Origin: Acidimicrobiia bacterium
Lineage (GTDB): Bacteria > Actinomycetota > Acidimicrobiia > IMCC26256 > JACDBD01
Assembly: GCA_050743385.1 (NCBI GenBank)
Contig: JBOGFJ010000079.1
Coordinates: 1 to 43,646, forward strand
Direction: 5' to 3'
DNA: 43,646 nt
Made by a program: the position numbers and the translations under genes. The stretch's first letter is position 1. The number at the start of each line of letters is the position of its first letter. This document shows, piece by piece, positions 1 through 8,793 of the stretch. The notes under the pieces were generated by a model, which saw nothing but the letters and a program-made list of their open reading frames with translations, did no database searches and had not been told where the DNA came from.

Positions 1-429
1 CCCACGGAGGCGGCGCCCAGCGCGGCCGCGCCGACCGAACCGGTCCCGACGACCGCCGCCGCCGGTGGCGAGCCGCCCCAGACCGGCGAACGCTTCTTCC
101 TCGACGAGGGCGACGACGGACGGCCGCCCCACGACGACGGCGGGCCGAGCCGGCGCCTGGCGGTGATCCTGGGCCTGGTGATCGTGGCCGCGATCGTGCT
201 CGGCGGTGGGGCGCTCCTGCTCGCCAGCGGCGGCGGCGGCGGCGGCGACGGCGACGGCAACGCCACCACGACGACGGAGCCGGCTCCGACAACGGAGGAG
301 ACCACGCCGGCGACGCAAGGCACGACGCCGACGACGAATGCGCCGCCGACCACGAACGCGCCGACCACCACCACGGCGACGACGACCACCACGCCGCCGA
401 CGACGACCACCACACCGCCGACGACGTAA
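1..429 (+). CDS. 3' part of a membrane-anchored Pro/Thr-rich protein (5' end lies outside the window)
   Basis: Frame 1 is open from base 1 to TAA 427-429. It has one hydrophobic helix (VILGLVIVAAIVLGGGALLLA), a Gly run, then a T/P/A low-complexity tail. No catalytic motif recognised. Confidence 0.5.
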   Translation, partial: PTEAAPSAAAPTEPVPTTAAAGGEPPQTGERFFLDEGDDGRPPHDDGGPSRRLAVILGLVIVAAIVLGGGALLLASGGGGGGDGDGNATTTTEPAPTTEETTPATQGTTPTTNAPPTTNAPTTTTATTTTTPPTTTTTPPTT

Positions 430-448
430 CGCCGCCGACGACGTAACG
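415..448. repeat. Perfect 17-bp tandem duplication (ccgccgacgacgtaacg x2) that includes the stop codon of the upstream gene
   Basis: Read directly: 415-431 is identical to 432-448. TAA occurs at 427-429 and again at 444-446. Confidence 0.9.
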
Positions 449-454
449 CCGCGG

Positions 455-2758
455 CTACCCGGCGGGCGCGACCGCGCCCAGTGCCCGCGGGATCGCGTCG
501 CGCCAGGCGGTGGCGGCGGCGGCGAGGGCGACCTCGAACGCGCCCGCGGCGACGAGTCGATCGCCGCCGGTCTCGCCGAGCTCCTCGGCGGGAACGCCGG
601 CTTCACGCGCGGCGGCGGTGACGACGGCCGCCTGATCGGGCGTCACCGTCACGATCACCCGTGACGCCGACTCCGCGAAGCAGCCCGCCGCCGCCGCGAC
701 CGACGCCGGGAGGGTGACGCGGAACCCGGTCTCCCCCGCGATCGCCATCTCCGCCAGCGCCACCGCCAGGCCGCCGTCGGCGCAGTCGTGCACACCGGTG
801 ACCAGGCGCCGTGCCACCAGGTCGCACACGAACCCATGGAGCGCGGCGGCCGCGGTCACGTCGGCGACGGGTGGCGCACCGCCGTCGAGTCCGTGCACCA
901 CCGCGGCCCACTCCGACCCGCCCAGCTCGGCTCGGGTGTCGCCGAGCAGCACGACGCGGTCGCCCGGCGCCAGGCGGGCCCCGGGCGGCAGGTCGGCGAG
1001 CTCGTCGATGAGCCCGAGGACGCCGATCACCGGTGTGGGATCGATATCGGCGCCGCGCGACTCGTTGTAGAAGCTCACATTGCCGCCGATGACGGGGAGG
1101 CCCAGCGCGGTGCAGGCGTCGGCCATCCCGTCGACGACCTCGGAGAACTGCCACATCACGTCGGGATGTTCGGGATTGCCGAAGTTGAGACAGTTGACGA
1201 GCGCGAGCGGGTGCGCCCCGGCGCAGGCGACGTTGCGAGCAGCCTCGAGCACCGCCAGGCGGGCGCCGGCTCGCGGGTCGAGGCGACAGAACCGGCCCTT
1301 GCCGTCGGTGGCGAGCGCGAGGGCGCGCTGGGTGCCCTTGAGCCGGAGCACCGCGGCGTCGCCGCCCGGGCCCACCACGGTGTTGAGGTAGAGCTGGTGG
1401 TCGTACTGGCGCCACACCCACGACTTGTCGGCGATCGTCGGGGTCGCGAGCAACTGCAGGAGCTCGCCGGAGAGGTCGGTGCCGCGCGGGAACTGCCGGG
1501 CGAGCACGGGCCAGGGATCGGCGGCAGCGAGCACGTCCTGCCCGGCCGGCCGGCGCCGCTCGCGCTCGTAGACGGGACCGTCGCCGAGGCTCTCGACCGG
1601 CACGTCGGCGACCGGCTCCCGGTCGGACGACCCCAGGGTCGGCGCATCGCCCCGCGGCGGCTCGGGATTGGCGCCCGGAACACCCACCGCGTCGAAGAGG
1701 CCGTCGTAGACGCGGAAGCGCCCGGTGCCCGTGACCCGACCGACGACGGCGGCGCGGATCTCCCAGCGCTCGCAGAGCGCCAGCACCTCGTCGAGGTGGT
1801 GCGGCGCGACGATCGCGAGCATGCGCTCCTGGCTCTCCGATGTGAGTACCTCGACCGGGTTCATGCCGGGTTCGCGCTTGTGGACACGGGCGGCGTCGAC
1901 GTCCATTCCCGCGCCCGCCTTGGCCGCGGTCTCGGACGCAGCGCAGGAGAGACCGGCGGCGCCGAGGTCTTGGACGCCGACGGCGAGACCGGCGTCGAGC
2001 AGCGCCAGGCAGGTCTCGATCAGCTTCTTCTCCTCGAGCGGATCGCCGACCTGCACCGACGGGCGCTTGTCTTCGTCACCCTCGGCGAAGCCGGCTGACG
2101 CGAGCACGCTCGCACCGCCGATGCCATCGCGGCCGGTCGACGATCCGAGCAGCACCGCGAGATTTCCCTCGCCCGACGCGCGGGCGAGCACGAGCCGGTC
2201 GTGCGGGAGCAACCCGAGGCAGAACACGTTGACGAGTGGGTTGTCGCGATAGCAGTCGTCGAACACGACCTCGCCACCGACCGTCGGGACGCCGACCGCA
2301 TTGCCGTAGCCGCTGATTCCCGAGACCACGCCTTCGAACAGGTAGCGGGTGCGGGCATCGTCGAGCGGACCGAAGCGGAGCGGGTCCATGAGCGCGATCG
2401 GGCGAGCGCCCATCGAGAACACGTCGCGGATGATGCCGCCGACACCCGTGGCGGCGCCCTGGTAAGGCTCGACCGCGGAGGGATGGTTGTGGCTCTCGAT
2501 CCGCACGGCCACGGCCAAGCCGTCGCCGACGTCGACGACGCCTGCGCCCTCACCGGGGCCGACGAGCACCCACGGCGCCTCCGTCGGCAGCCGCCGGAGG
2601 TGGACCCGCGACGACTTGTACGAGCAGTGCTCCGACCACATCACCGCGTACATCGCGAGCTCCAGCGCGGTCGGATCGCGCCCGAGCAGGCCGACGACCG
2701 CGTCGAGCTCGTCGTCGGTGAGCCCGAGCTGGCGGTGCAGCGGTTGGTTGGTCGCCAC
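455..2758 (-). CDS. purL: Phosphoribosylformylglycinamidine (FGAM) synthase subunit II
   Basis: 767 aa. N-terminus LGLTDDELD...[20 protein letters not shown], with duplicated AIR-synthase-like domains typical of small PurL. GTG start at 2758. Confidence 0.95.
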   Translation of the reverse strand: MATNQPLHRQLGLTDDELDAVVGLLGRDPTALELAMYAVMWSEHCSYKSSRVHLRRLPTEAPWVLVGPGEGAGVVDVGDGLAVAVRIESHNHPSAVEPYQGAATGVGGIIRDVFSMGARPIALMDPLRFGPLDDARTRYLFEGVVSGISGYGNAVGVPTVGGEVVFDDCYRDNPLVNVFCLGLLPHDRLVLARASGEGNLAVLLGSSTGRDGIGGASVLASAGFAEGDEDKRPSVQVGDPLEEKKLIETCLALLDAGLAVGVQDLGAAGLSCAASETAAKAGAGMDVDAARVHKREPGMNPVEVLTSESQERMLAIVAPHHLDEVLALCERWEIRAAVVGRVTGTGRFRVYDGLFDAVGVPGANPEPPRGDAPTLGSSDREPVADVPVESLGDGPVYERERRRPAGQDVLAAADPWPVLARQFPRGTDLSGELLQLLATPTIADKSWVWRQYDHQLYLNTVVGPGGDAAVLRLKGTQRALALATDGKGRFCRLDPRAGARLAVLEAARNVACAGAHPLALVNCLNFGNPEHPDVMWQFSEVVDGMADACTALGLPVIGGNVSFYNESRGADIDPTPVIGVLGLIDELADLPPGARLAPGDRVVLLGDTRAELGGSEWAAVVHGLDGGAPPVADVTAAAALHGFVCDLVARRLVTGVHDCADGGLAVALAEMAIAGETGFRVTLPASVAAAAGCFAESASRVIVTVTPDQAAVVTAAAREAGVPAEELGETGGDRLVAAGAFEVALAAAATAWRDAIPRALGAVAPAG

Positions 2759-2797
2759 TCCCGGAGGCTAACGCCGCACCTGCGAGGCGACGCGCTC

Positions 2798-3022
2798 TCA
2801 GGTACGTGGATCGCGCTCGTCGTCGAAGAGATCTCCGACGACCTCGGCCACCCTCTCGAGCAGGTCGGGGTGCTCGTCGGGGTCGCGCTCGGCCGGGCGC
2901 CCATCCTCGGCCGGTCTCGGTTCAGTCGGCGCGGGAACGACCTGGGCCCCCTCTTCCGGCGCACCAGGCTTCCCCGGCCCGTCCGCACTCCTCGGAGCCG
3001 GCTTCCTCCCCGTCAACTCCAC
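2798..3022 (-). CDS. Possible small acidic hypothetical protein; start uncertain (GTG 3022 or TTG 3016)
   Basis: The minus frame has G/C-rich third positions and an acidic, protein-like C-terminus (DPDEHPDLLERVAEVVGDLFDDERDPRT). AAGGGAG lies just upstream of TTG 3016. No recognisable domain. Confidence 0.2.
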   Translation of the reverse strand: MELTGRKPAPRSADGPGKPGAPEEGAQVVPAPTEPRPAEDGRPAERDPDEHPDLLERVAEVVGDLFDDERDPRT

Positions 3023-3091
3023 TCCCTTCGGAAAGGCGCGTTCCTGACCGAGCAGACCGTCGAGAGCACGGTGAACGAATGCCGAGCAGCG

Positions 3092-3114
3092 GTCATCGGT
3101 GAACTCACCTAGAT
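3092..3114. repeat. Left copy of a perfect 23-bp inverted repeat (gtcatcggtgaactcacctagat) with palindromic core GGTGA-N2-TCACC
   Basis: Its exact reverse complement is at 6059-6081. It lies 19 nt upstream of the LAL regulator ATG, in the purL/LAL divergent intergenic region. Confidence 0.9.
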
Positions 3115-3132
3115 GGGAAATACGATCGGCGG

Positions 3133-5991
3133 ATGCTCGTAGGCCGAGAAGGGCAGCTCGCACTCCTGAGGGCCCTGGGCAGGGAGGCGCGCGCGGGGGC
3201 GGGGCAGGTGCTCCTCCTCGAAGGCGAGGCCGGTATCGGGAAGTCGGCGCTCCTCGACGCGTGCGTGGCGCAGTGCGAGCGCGACGGAGTCGTGGTGCTC
3301 CGCGGTCAGGGCGACGAGCTGGGCGCGACGAGGCCATTCGCCCCCCTCCTCGATGCCCTTGCTCACGGTCCCCACGGTGAGCAGACGCAGCGCGCGGTCC
3401 GCGAACGGATCGGGCGGGAGCGAAGTTCGCCGCACACCCTGCTCGAGACCGAGCCCGGCCTCCAGTCGGTGCTGGTCGACGACCTCGTGAACCGGATCGA
3501 GGAGCTGTGTGTCGACCAGCCGGTCGCGCTGTGCGTCGACGACCTGCACTGGGCCGACGGCGCGACGCTCACTGCACTGGCGTCGTTGGTACGCCGCGCC
3601 GTCGACCTGCCGCTCCTCGTTGCGCTGGCAATGCGCCCGATACCGCGCAGCGGTGACCTCGCCGCGTTCGTGGACATGCTCGATGACCGGCCTCCCGGCG
3701 TGCGCGCGACCCGCGCCGAGGTCGACCCTCTGGGACCCGACGACGTGAACGTGCTCGCGACCGGGGTGCTCGGAGCCCGGCCGGGACCGGGTCTCGACAG
3801 CCTCCTCGGTGCCTGCGCGGGGAACCCGCTCCTCGTCGTCGAGATGCTTGCGTCTCTGCGCGACGCCGGGCTGCTGGCGCGGAACGCCGGGACGGTCGAC
3901 ACGGCCACCGACCCGGCCGACCTGCACCTGCCGACGACGCTCACCCAGACGGTGCGGCGGCGGATGGCCCGCCTCGACGAAGAGCTGAAAGCCGTCGCCA
4001 CCGTCGCCGCGCTGCTGGGGACCCGCTTCACCCTCGGTGACCTCGCGTCGGTGACGGCACGGCCGGCGACCGAGCTGTTCCCGCTCGTCCAGACCCTGAT
4101 CGAGGCTCGGCTGTTCACCGACGACGGCACCGCACTCTCGTACCGGCATGACCTCGTGCGCGAGGCGGTCGTCTCGGCCCTGCCAGAGAGCGTCCGCGCC
4201 GAGCTGCACCGTGGGATCGCCCGCGCTCTCCAGGACGCGGGTGCACCGACCATGCGCGTGGCCGAGCAGCTCGCGCTGGGCGCGACCCCCGGTTCGGTCG
4301 AGGCCGTCTCGGTGTTGCGGAGCGCAGCCGAGGAGATCGCCCAGCAGGACCCGGGAGGCGCGGCGTCGCTGCTCCGACGGGCGCTCGAGCTCAGCGCACC
4401 CACCGACAGCCAGCGCGACCTCGTGCACGCGCAGCTCGTCGATGCCCTTTCGTGGAGCGGCCAGGTGACCGAGGCGCAGGCGATGGCCGACGAGGTCTTG
4501 TCGCGACCGGTCAGCCCGGACGCGGAGATCGGGCTGCGATCCGCGCTCAGCCGGTCGCTCTTGCTGCTGGCGCGACCGCACGACGCCATCCCCCACGAGG
4601 AGCGGCTCATCGAGTTGCGGCGAGGTGAGGGACGGTCGACAGCGTCGGCGCTGTCAGAGTGCGCGGCCTGCCGGGTATTCGGCCTCGACCTCGACGGCGC
4701 GCTCCACGACGCGGCCGAGGGGGTCCGGCTCGGTGAGCAAGACGGCGACGCCATGGCGGTGATCCTCGGGCTGTCGATCCAGGCGTTCGCCCAGACGGCG
4801 CTGGGTCACAGTGCCGTGGCCGTGGATCTCGCGACCCGGGCAGCCACCCTCGCGGATGCGACACCGGGTGGGGAGGGCCACCGCTTGCACCCCAACCTGT
4901 ACCGCGGCGTCGCGCTCCAGTCGCTCGGCCGGCACACGGAGGCGGCGCACGCGCTCGAGCGCGGCCGGACCCTCGGCGAGGCGCTCGGCGCGGCCTGGGC
5001 GCTGCCCATCTACCACCTCACCACCGCCCTCGCCCACTGGGACAGCGGCCGCTGGGACGACCTCCTGACCGAGATCGACGCCGGCACCGTTCACAGCGAA
5101 GAGCGGGCGCTCTCGATCGGGCAGGCATGGGCTTGTGCCGTCGCCGGCCGGGTCCACGTGCACCGAGGTGAGCTCGATCAGGCGGGGGTGATGCTCGACG
5201 CCGGCGACCGCATCGTGCAGGAACGGGGCATGCAGTTCGGGGGTGACTGGCTCGCGCTCTCGCGGGCGCTCCTGCTCGAAGCGCAGGGCAGACGGGCGGA
5301 CGGTCTCGACCTCCTGCGGCTGGTCTGGGAGACCGCCGCCGGGTTGCACGCGTCGGCATCGCTCGTGCTCGTCGGCGGTGACCTCGCCCGTCTGGCCGTG
5401 GAGGCGGGTGACGACGAGGGCGCACACCGGGTCGCGTCCGAGCTCGCCCGGCTCGTCGACCTCTCGCCGGACGATCTCGTCGTGCGAGGGCGCGAGCGGC
5501 GCGCCCGCGGGCTCGCGGACCGCGACGCCGGCGCCCTCCGTGCATCCGTCGAAGCCTTCGACCGGCTCGGTCACCGGTTCGAGACCGCGCTCGTACGAGC
5601 CGAGCTCGCCGAGCTGCTTCTCGCGCACGGTCGAGCCGACGACGCGTCGGGGCTGTTCGAAGAGTCTCTTGCCGGCTTCGACGCGATCGGCGCCGCGCCG
5701 GATGCCGACCGCGTGCGCGCCCGCCTGGCTCGCCTGGCGCCGTCGAAGGACCGCGTCCCCGCGCCCCGACGGGCGGTGTCGGGGTGGGATGCCCTGACCC
5801 CGACCGAGCTCGAGGTCGTCGACGAGGTTTGTGGCGGGCGGTCGAACCCGCAGGTGGCCGAGCGCCTGGGCATCAGCCGCCGGACGGTCGAGGCCCATCT
5901 GCGCAGCATCTACTCCAAGCTCGGCGTGTCGACGCGACTGGCGCTCGCGATCGCCCAGCGCGAACGCGCGGTCGCACCCACGCCGGATTGA
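3133..5991 (+). CDS. Large ATP-binding LuxR-family (LAL/MalT-like STAND) transcriptional regulator
   Basis: 952 aa. N-terminal P-loop LLLEGEAGIGKSALLDA and Walker B-like LCVDDLHWAD. Long helical/TPR-like middle region. C-terminal LuxR HTH LTPTELEVVDEVCGGRSNPQVAERLGISRRTVEAHLRSIYSKLGV. Confidence 0.9.
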   Translation: MLVGREGQLALLRALGREARAGAGQVLLLEGEAGIGKSALLDACVAQCERDGVVVLRGQGDELGATRPFAPLLDALAHGPHGEQTQRAVRERIGRERSSPHTLLETEPGLQSVLVDDLVNRIEELCVDQPVALCVDDLHWADGATLTALASLVRRAVDLPLLVALAMRPIPRSGDLAAFVDMLDDRPPGVRATRAEVDPLGPDDVNVLATGVLGARPGPGLDSLLGACAGNPLLVVEMLASLRDAGLLARNAGTVDTATDPADLHLPTTLTQTVRRRMARLDEELKAVATVAALLGTRFTLGDLASVTARPATELFPLVQTLIEARLFTDDGTALSYRHDLVREAVVSALPESVRAELHRGIARALQDAGAPTMRVAEQLALGATPGSVEAVSVLRSAAEEIAQQDPGGAASLLRRALELSAPTDSQRDLVHAQLVDALSWSGQVTEAQAMADEVLSRPVSPDAEIGLRSALSRSLLLLARPHDAIPHEERLIELRRGEGRSTASALSECAACRVFGLDLDGALHDAAEGVRLGEQDGDAMAVILGLSIQAFAQTALGHSAVAVDLATRAATLADATPGGEGHRLHPNLYRGVALQSLGRHTEAAHALERGRTLGEALGAAWALPIYHLTTALAHWDSGRWDDLLTEIDAGTVHSEERALSIGQAWACAVAGRVHVHRGELDQAGVMLDAGDRIVQERGMQFGGDWLALSRALLLEAQGRRADGLDLLRLVWETAAGLHASASLVLVGGDLARLAVEAGDDEGAHRVASELARLVDLSPDDLVVRGRERRARGLADRDAGALRASVEAFDRLGHRFETALVRAELAELLLAHGRADDASGLFEESLAGFDAIGAAPDADRVRARLARLAPSKDRVPAPRRAVSGWDALTPTELEVVDEVCGGRSNPQVAERLGISRRTVEAHLRSIYSKLGVSTRLALAIAQRERAVAPTPD

Positions 5992-6058
5992 GGTCAAACC
6001 ACCCGTTTCGCTCGCCTGGACCCGGGAGAAGCGAAAGCAGCACGCGCTCGAACCAGGG

Positions 6059-6081
6059 ATCTAGGTGAGTTCACCGATGAC
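6059..6081. repeat. Right copy of the 23-bp inverted repeat (atctaggtgagttcaccgatgac)
   Basis: Exact reverse complement of 3092-3114. Lies about 80 nt upstream of the preferred MMPL start. Confidence 0.9.
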
Positions 6082-6159
6082 GACGGGGCTCGCCGACCGT
6101 ACGGTCCGTCGCGATGCGCGCGATGTTCGATGTCCTACCGGGCAGCTGAGGGGAAGCGG

Positions 6160-8373
6160 ATGCGATCCCTCGCGCGCTTCGTCCTTCGGCGACGGCGGTG
6201 GATCCTCGGCGGCACCCTCGTCTTCCTGCTCGCTGCCGGGGCCTTCGGCAGTTCCGTAGCCTCTCATCTCTCGGTCGGCGGATTCGAGGATCCCGAGTCG
6301 GAGTCGGCGAAGACCGAGCGCAGCCTTCGGGAGCAGTTCGGGGCGGGCGACCCGGACTTCATTCTCCTCGTCACCTCGATCGACGGCGACGTGGACATGC
6401 CGACCGCGGTGCGCGCCGGCCGGGCGCTGACAGACGAGCTGTCGAGCGAGAGGCACGTCGCCGACGCGGTCTCGTACTGGAGCCCGAACAACGCGCCGCC
6501 ACTCCGCAGCGCCGACGGATCCCAGGCGCTCGTGCTCGCGCGACTCGTTGGCGACGACGACGAGGTGCGGGCGGTGGCCGAGGAGCTCTCGCCGCGGTAC
6601 ACGCGCCGCGGCGACGGGATCACGATCACGGTCGGCGGCGCGGGTGAGGTGTTCCGGCAAGTCACCGCCCAGGCGGAGGACGACCTCCGCCGCGCCGAGC
6701 TCCTGACTGCTCCCCTCGTCGCGATCGCGTTGCTCGTGGTGTTCGGGAGCATCGTCGCCGCGACACTGCCGTTCGCCGTCGCCGTGCTCGCGGTGCTCGG
6801 AACATTCCTGACGCTCACGGTCCTGGGCGAGCTGACGCAGGTCTCGATCTTCTCCTTGAACCTCACGACGGCGCTCGGCCTCGGGCTCGCCGTCGACTAC
6901 AGCCTGTTCGTCGTCTCTCGTTACCGCGAGGAGCTCGCCGCCGGGCGGCCGACGGAGGCGGCCATCTCGCGGACGATGCAGACCGCCGGCCGCACGGTCG
7001 CGTTCAGCGCGGCCACGGTGGCGGTGTCGCTGGCCGCCCTGCTCGTGTTCCCCGTCGCCTACCTGCGGTCGTTCGCGTACGCGGGCGTCGCGGTCGTCCT
7101 GCTCGCCGGCATCGGAGCCGTGGTCGTGCTCCCGGCGCTCCTCGCAGTGCTCGGGCCTCGCGTCGAGCGAGGGCAACTCTGGAAGCGGGCCGCGCGCGCC
7201 GGCAGCGGCTTCTGGCACGACCAGGCGACGCGGGTCATGCGTCGCCCGGTGCCCTACGCGGTCTTCGTCGTCGCGGTGCTCCTCCTTCTCGGGGCCCCGT
7301 TCCTGCGCCTCGAGGTGGGGCTCACCGACGACCGCGTGATCCCGGCCGGCCTGAGCAGCCGGGCGACCAACGACGCCATCAGGGAGAACTTCACGACGCG
7401 AGAAGCCGGTGCCCTCTCCGTCGTCGCCGACGCGGGCGACGGCACGATCGCGACCGCCGACATCGATTCGTACGCGACCCGGCTCTCCCGACTCGACAGC
7501 GTCGCGCGCGTGGATGCGCGTTCCGGGTACTACCTCGATGGGCAGCGACTCGCGCCCGACGAGCTCTCGGAGCGCTTTCGCGGCACGGGCTCGACGTGGC
7601 TGTCGGTCGTCCCCGACGTCGAGCCGTTCTCACCCGAAGGGGAGCAACTCGTGAGCGCGGTCCGCGAGCTCCCGAGCCCCTTCGAGGTCGCGGTGACCGG
7701 GCCTTCGGCGCGACTCGTCGACACGAAGGATTCGATCACGAGCCGGCTCCCGGCTGCGCTCGGCGTCGTCGCGCTGACAACCTTCGTTCTGCTGTTCCTG
7801 ATGGTCGGGAGCGTGGTCGTTCCCCTCAAGGCACTCGTGCTCAACGTGCTGAGCCTGACCGCCACGTTCGGCGCAATGGTGTGGGTATTCCAGGACGGGC
7901 ACTTGGCCGGCGCGCTCGACTTCACGCCAACCGGCTTCATCGACGTGTTCACCCCGATGCTCATGTTCTGCATCGCCTTCGGGCTCTCGATGGACTACGA
8001 GGTCTTCCTCCTGAGTCGCATCAAGGAGGAGTACGACCTCACCGGCGACAACCGCAACGCGGTGGCGCTCGGCCTGCAGCGCACGGGACGGATCGTGACG
8101 GCGGCAGCGGTGCTGCTCGCACTGGTGTTCGTGGCCTTCGCCACCTCCCAGGTCGCGATCGTGAAGCTGTTCGGAATTGGCCTCGCGCTCGCAGTACTCA
8201 TCGACGCGTTCCTGATCCGCGCCACCCTGCTGCCGGCGTTCATGCAGCTGGCCGGCCGCGCGAACTGGTGGGCGCCGCGGTCCATGCGGCGATGGCACCT
8301 CCGTTGGGGACTGTGGGAAGCGGAGCCGGTCGCGATCCTCGACGACGCTGTCCCGACCGGCGAGAGGGGCTGA
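6160..8373 (+). CDS. MMPL-family (RND superfamily) membrane transporter
   Basis: N-terminus MRSLARFVLRRRRWILGGTLVFLLAAGAFG. Two blocks of multiple TM helices separated by soluble loops, and length typical of MMPL. ATG 6160 is preceded by GAGGGGAAG; the track start 6130 is an alternative. Confidence 0.85.
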   Translation: MRSLARFVLRRRRWILGGTLVFLLAAGAFGSSVASHLSVGGFEDPESESAKTERSLREQFGAGDPDFILLVTSIDGDVDMPTAVRAGRALTDELSSERHVADAVSYWSPNNAPPLRSADGSQALVLARLVGDDDEVRAVAEELSPRYTRRGDGITITVGGAGEVFRQVTAQAEDDLRRAELLTAPLVAIALLVVFGSIVAATLPFAVAVLAVLGTFLTLTVLGELTQVSIFSLNLTTALGLGLAVDYSLFVVSRYREELAAGRPTEAAISRTMQTAGRTVAFSAATVAVSLAALLVFPVAYLRSFAYAGVAVVLLAGIGAVVVLPALLAVLGPRVERGQLWKRAARAGSGFWHDQATRVMRRPVPYAVFVVAVLLLLGAPFLRLEVGLTDDRVIPAGLSSRATNDAIRENFTTREAGALSVVADAGDGTIATADIDSYATRLSRLDSVARVDARSGYYLDGQRLAPDELSERFRGTGSTWLSVVPDVEPFSPEGEQLVSAVRELPSPFEVAVTGPSARLVDTKDSITSRLPAALGVVALTTFVLLFLMVGSVVVPLKALVLNVLSLTATFGAMVWVFQDGHLAGALDFTPTGFIDVFTPMLMFCIAFGLSMDYEVFLLSRIKEEYDLTGDNRNAVALGLQRTGRIVTAAAVLLALVFVAFATSQVAIVKLFGIGLALAVLIDAFLIRATLLPAFMQLAGRANWWAPRSMRRWHLRWGLWEAEPVAILDDAVPTGERG

Positions 8374-8376
8374 GGA

Positions 8377-8793
8377 ATGGCGAAGAAGCGCGAGCTCGTC
8401 GAGCGTCTCGCCACGGTCCCGCTGTTCTCGCGTTGCTCACGCCGCGAGCTCCAGATCGTCGCGCGGCACATCGACACCATCAGATTTCCTCCGGACACGG
8501 TGATCGTGACCGAGAACGAAGAAGGCGACGCATTCTTCGTCGTGCTCGACGGGCGGGCGCGCGTCAACCGCGACGGCGGCGCCGTGGGCAGGCTCGAGCC
8601 CGGCGCGTACTTCGGCGAGCTCGCCTTGCTCGACCCCGCGCCCCGGAGCGCCACTGTCGAGGCCGAGACCCCCGTGGAGGTCGGCGTGCTCGGAACCCGC
8701 ATGTTCCGCACGCTGCTGCGGGAGCTGCCCGCCATCAGTGAGCGGCTTCTCGCCGGGTTGGCACGCGAGCTCCGGGAGGCGACGCGCCGATGA
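8377..8793 (+). CDS. Stand-alone cyclic-nucleotide-binding (CAP/CNB-type) domain protein with no output domain
   Basis: 138 aa. Intact phosphate-binding cassette FGELALLDPAPRSATV. Starts 3 nt after the MMPL stop, and its stop overlaps the next start (ATGA 8790-8793). Confidence 0.85.
   Translation: MAKKRELVERLATVPLFSRCSRRELQIVARHIDTIRFPPDTVIVTENEEGDAFFVVLDGRARVNRDGGAVGRLEPGAYFGELALLDPAPRSATVEAETPVEVGVLGTRMFRTLLRELPAISERLLAGLARELREATRR

Noticed and set aside
206-664. An Arg-rich 152-aa plus-strand ORF and the other short R/P-rich ORFs across 0.2-3.4 kb.
   Set aside because: These are alternative frames of the Thr/Pro-rich gene and antisense to purL. Their composition is a high-GC frame artefact.
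3092-6081. Reading the 23-bp inverted repeats as terminal repeats of an IS element or composite transposon.
   Set aside because: The only gene between them is a LuxR/STAND regulator, with no transposase or DDE/serine/tyrosine recombinase motifs. The bases immediately outside the repeats (gagcagcgg / gacggggct) show no target-site duplication. I kept it as an operator or inversion-site hypothesis instead.
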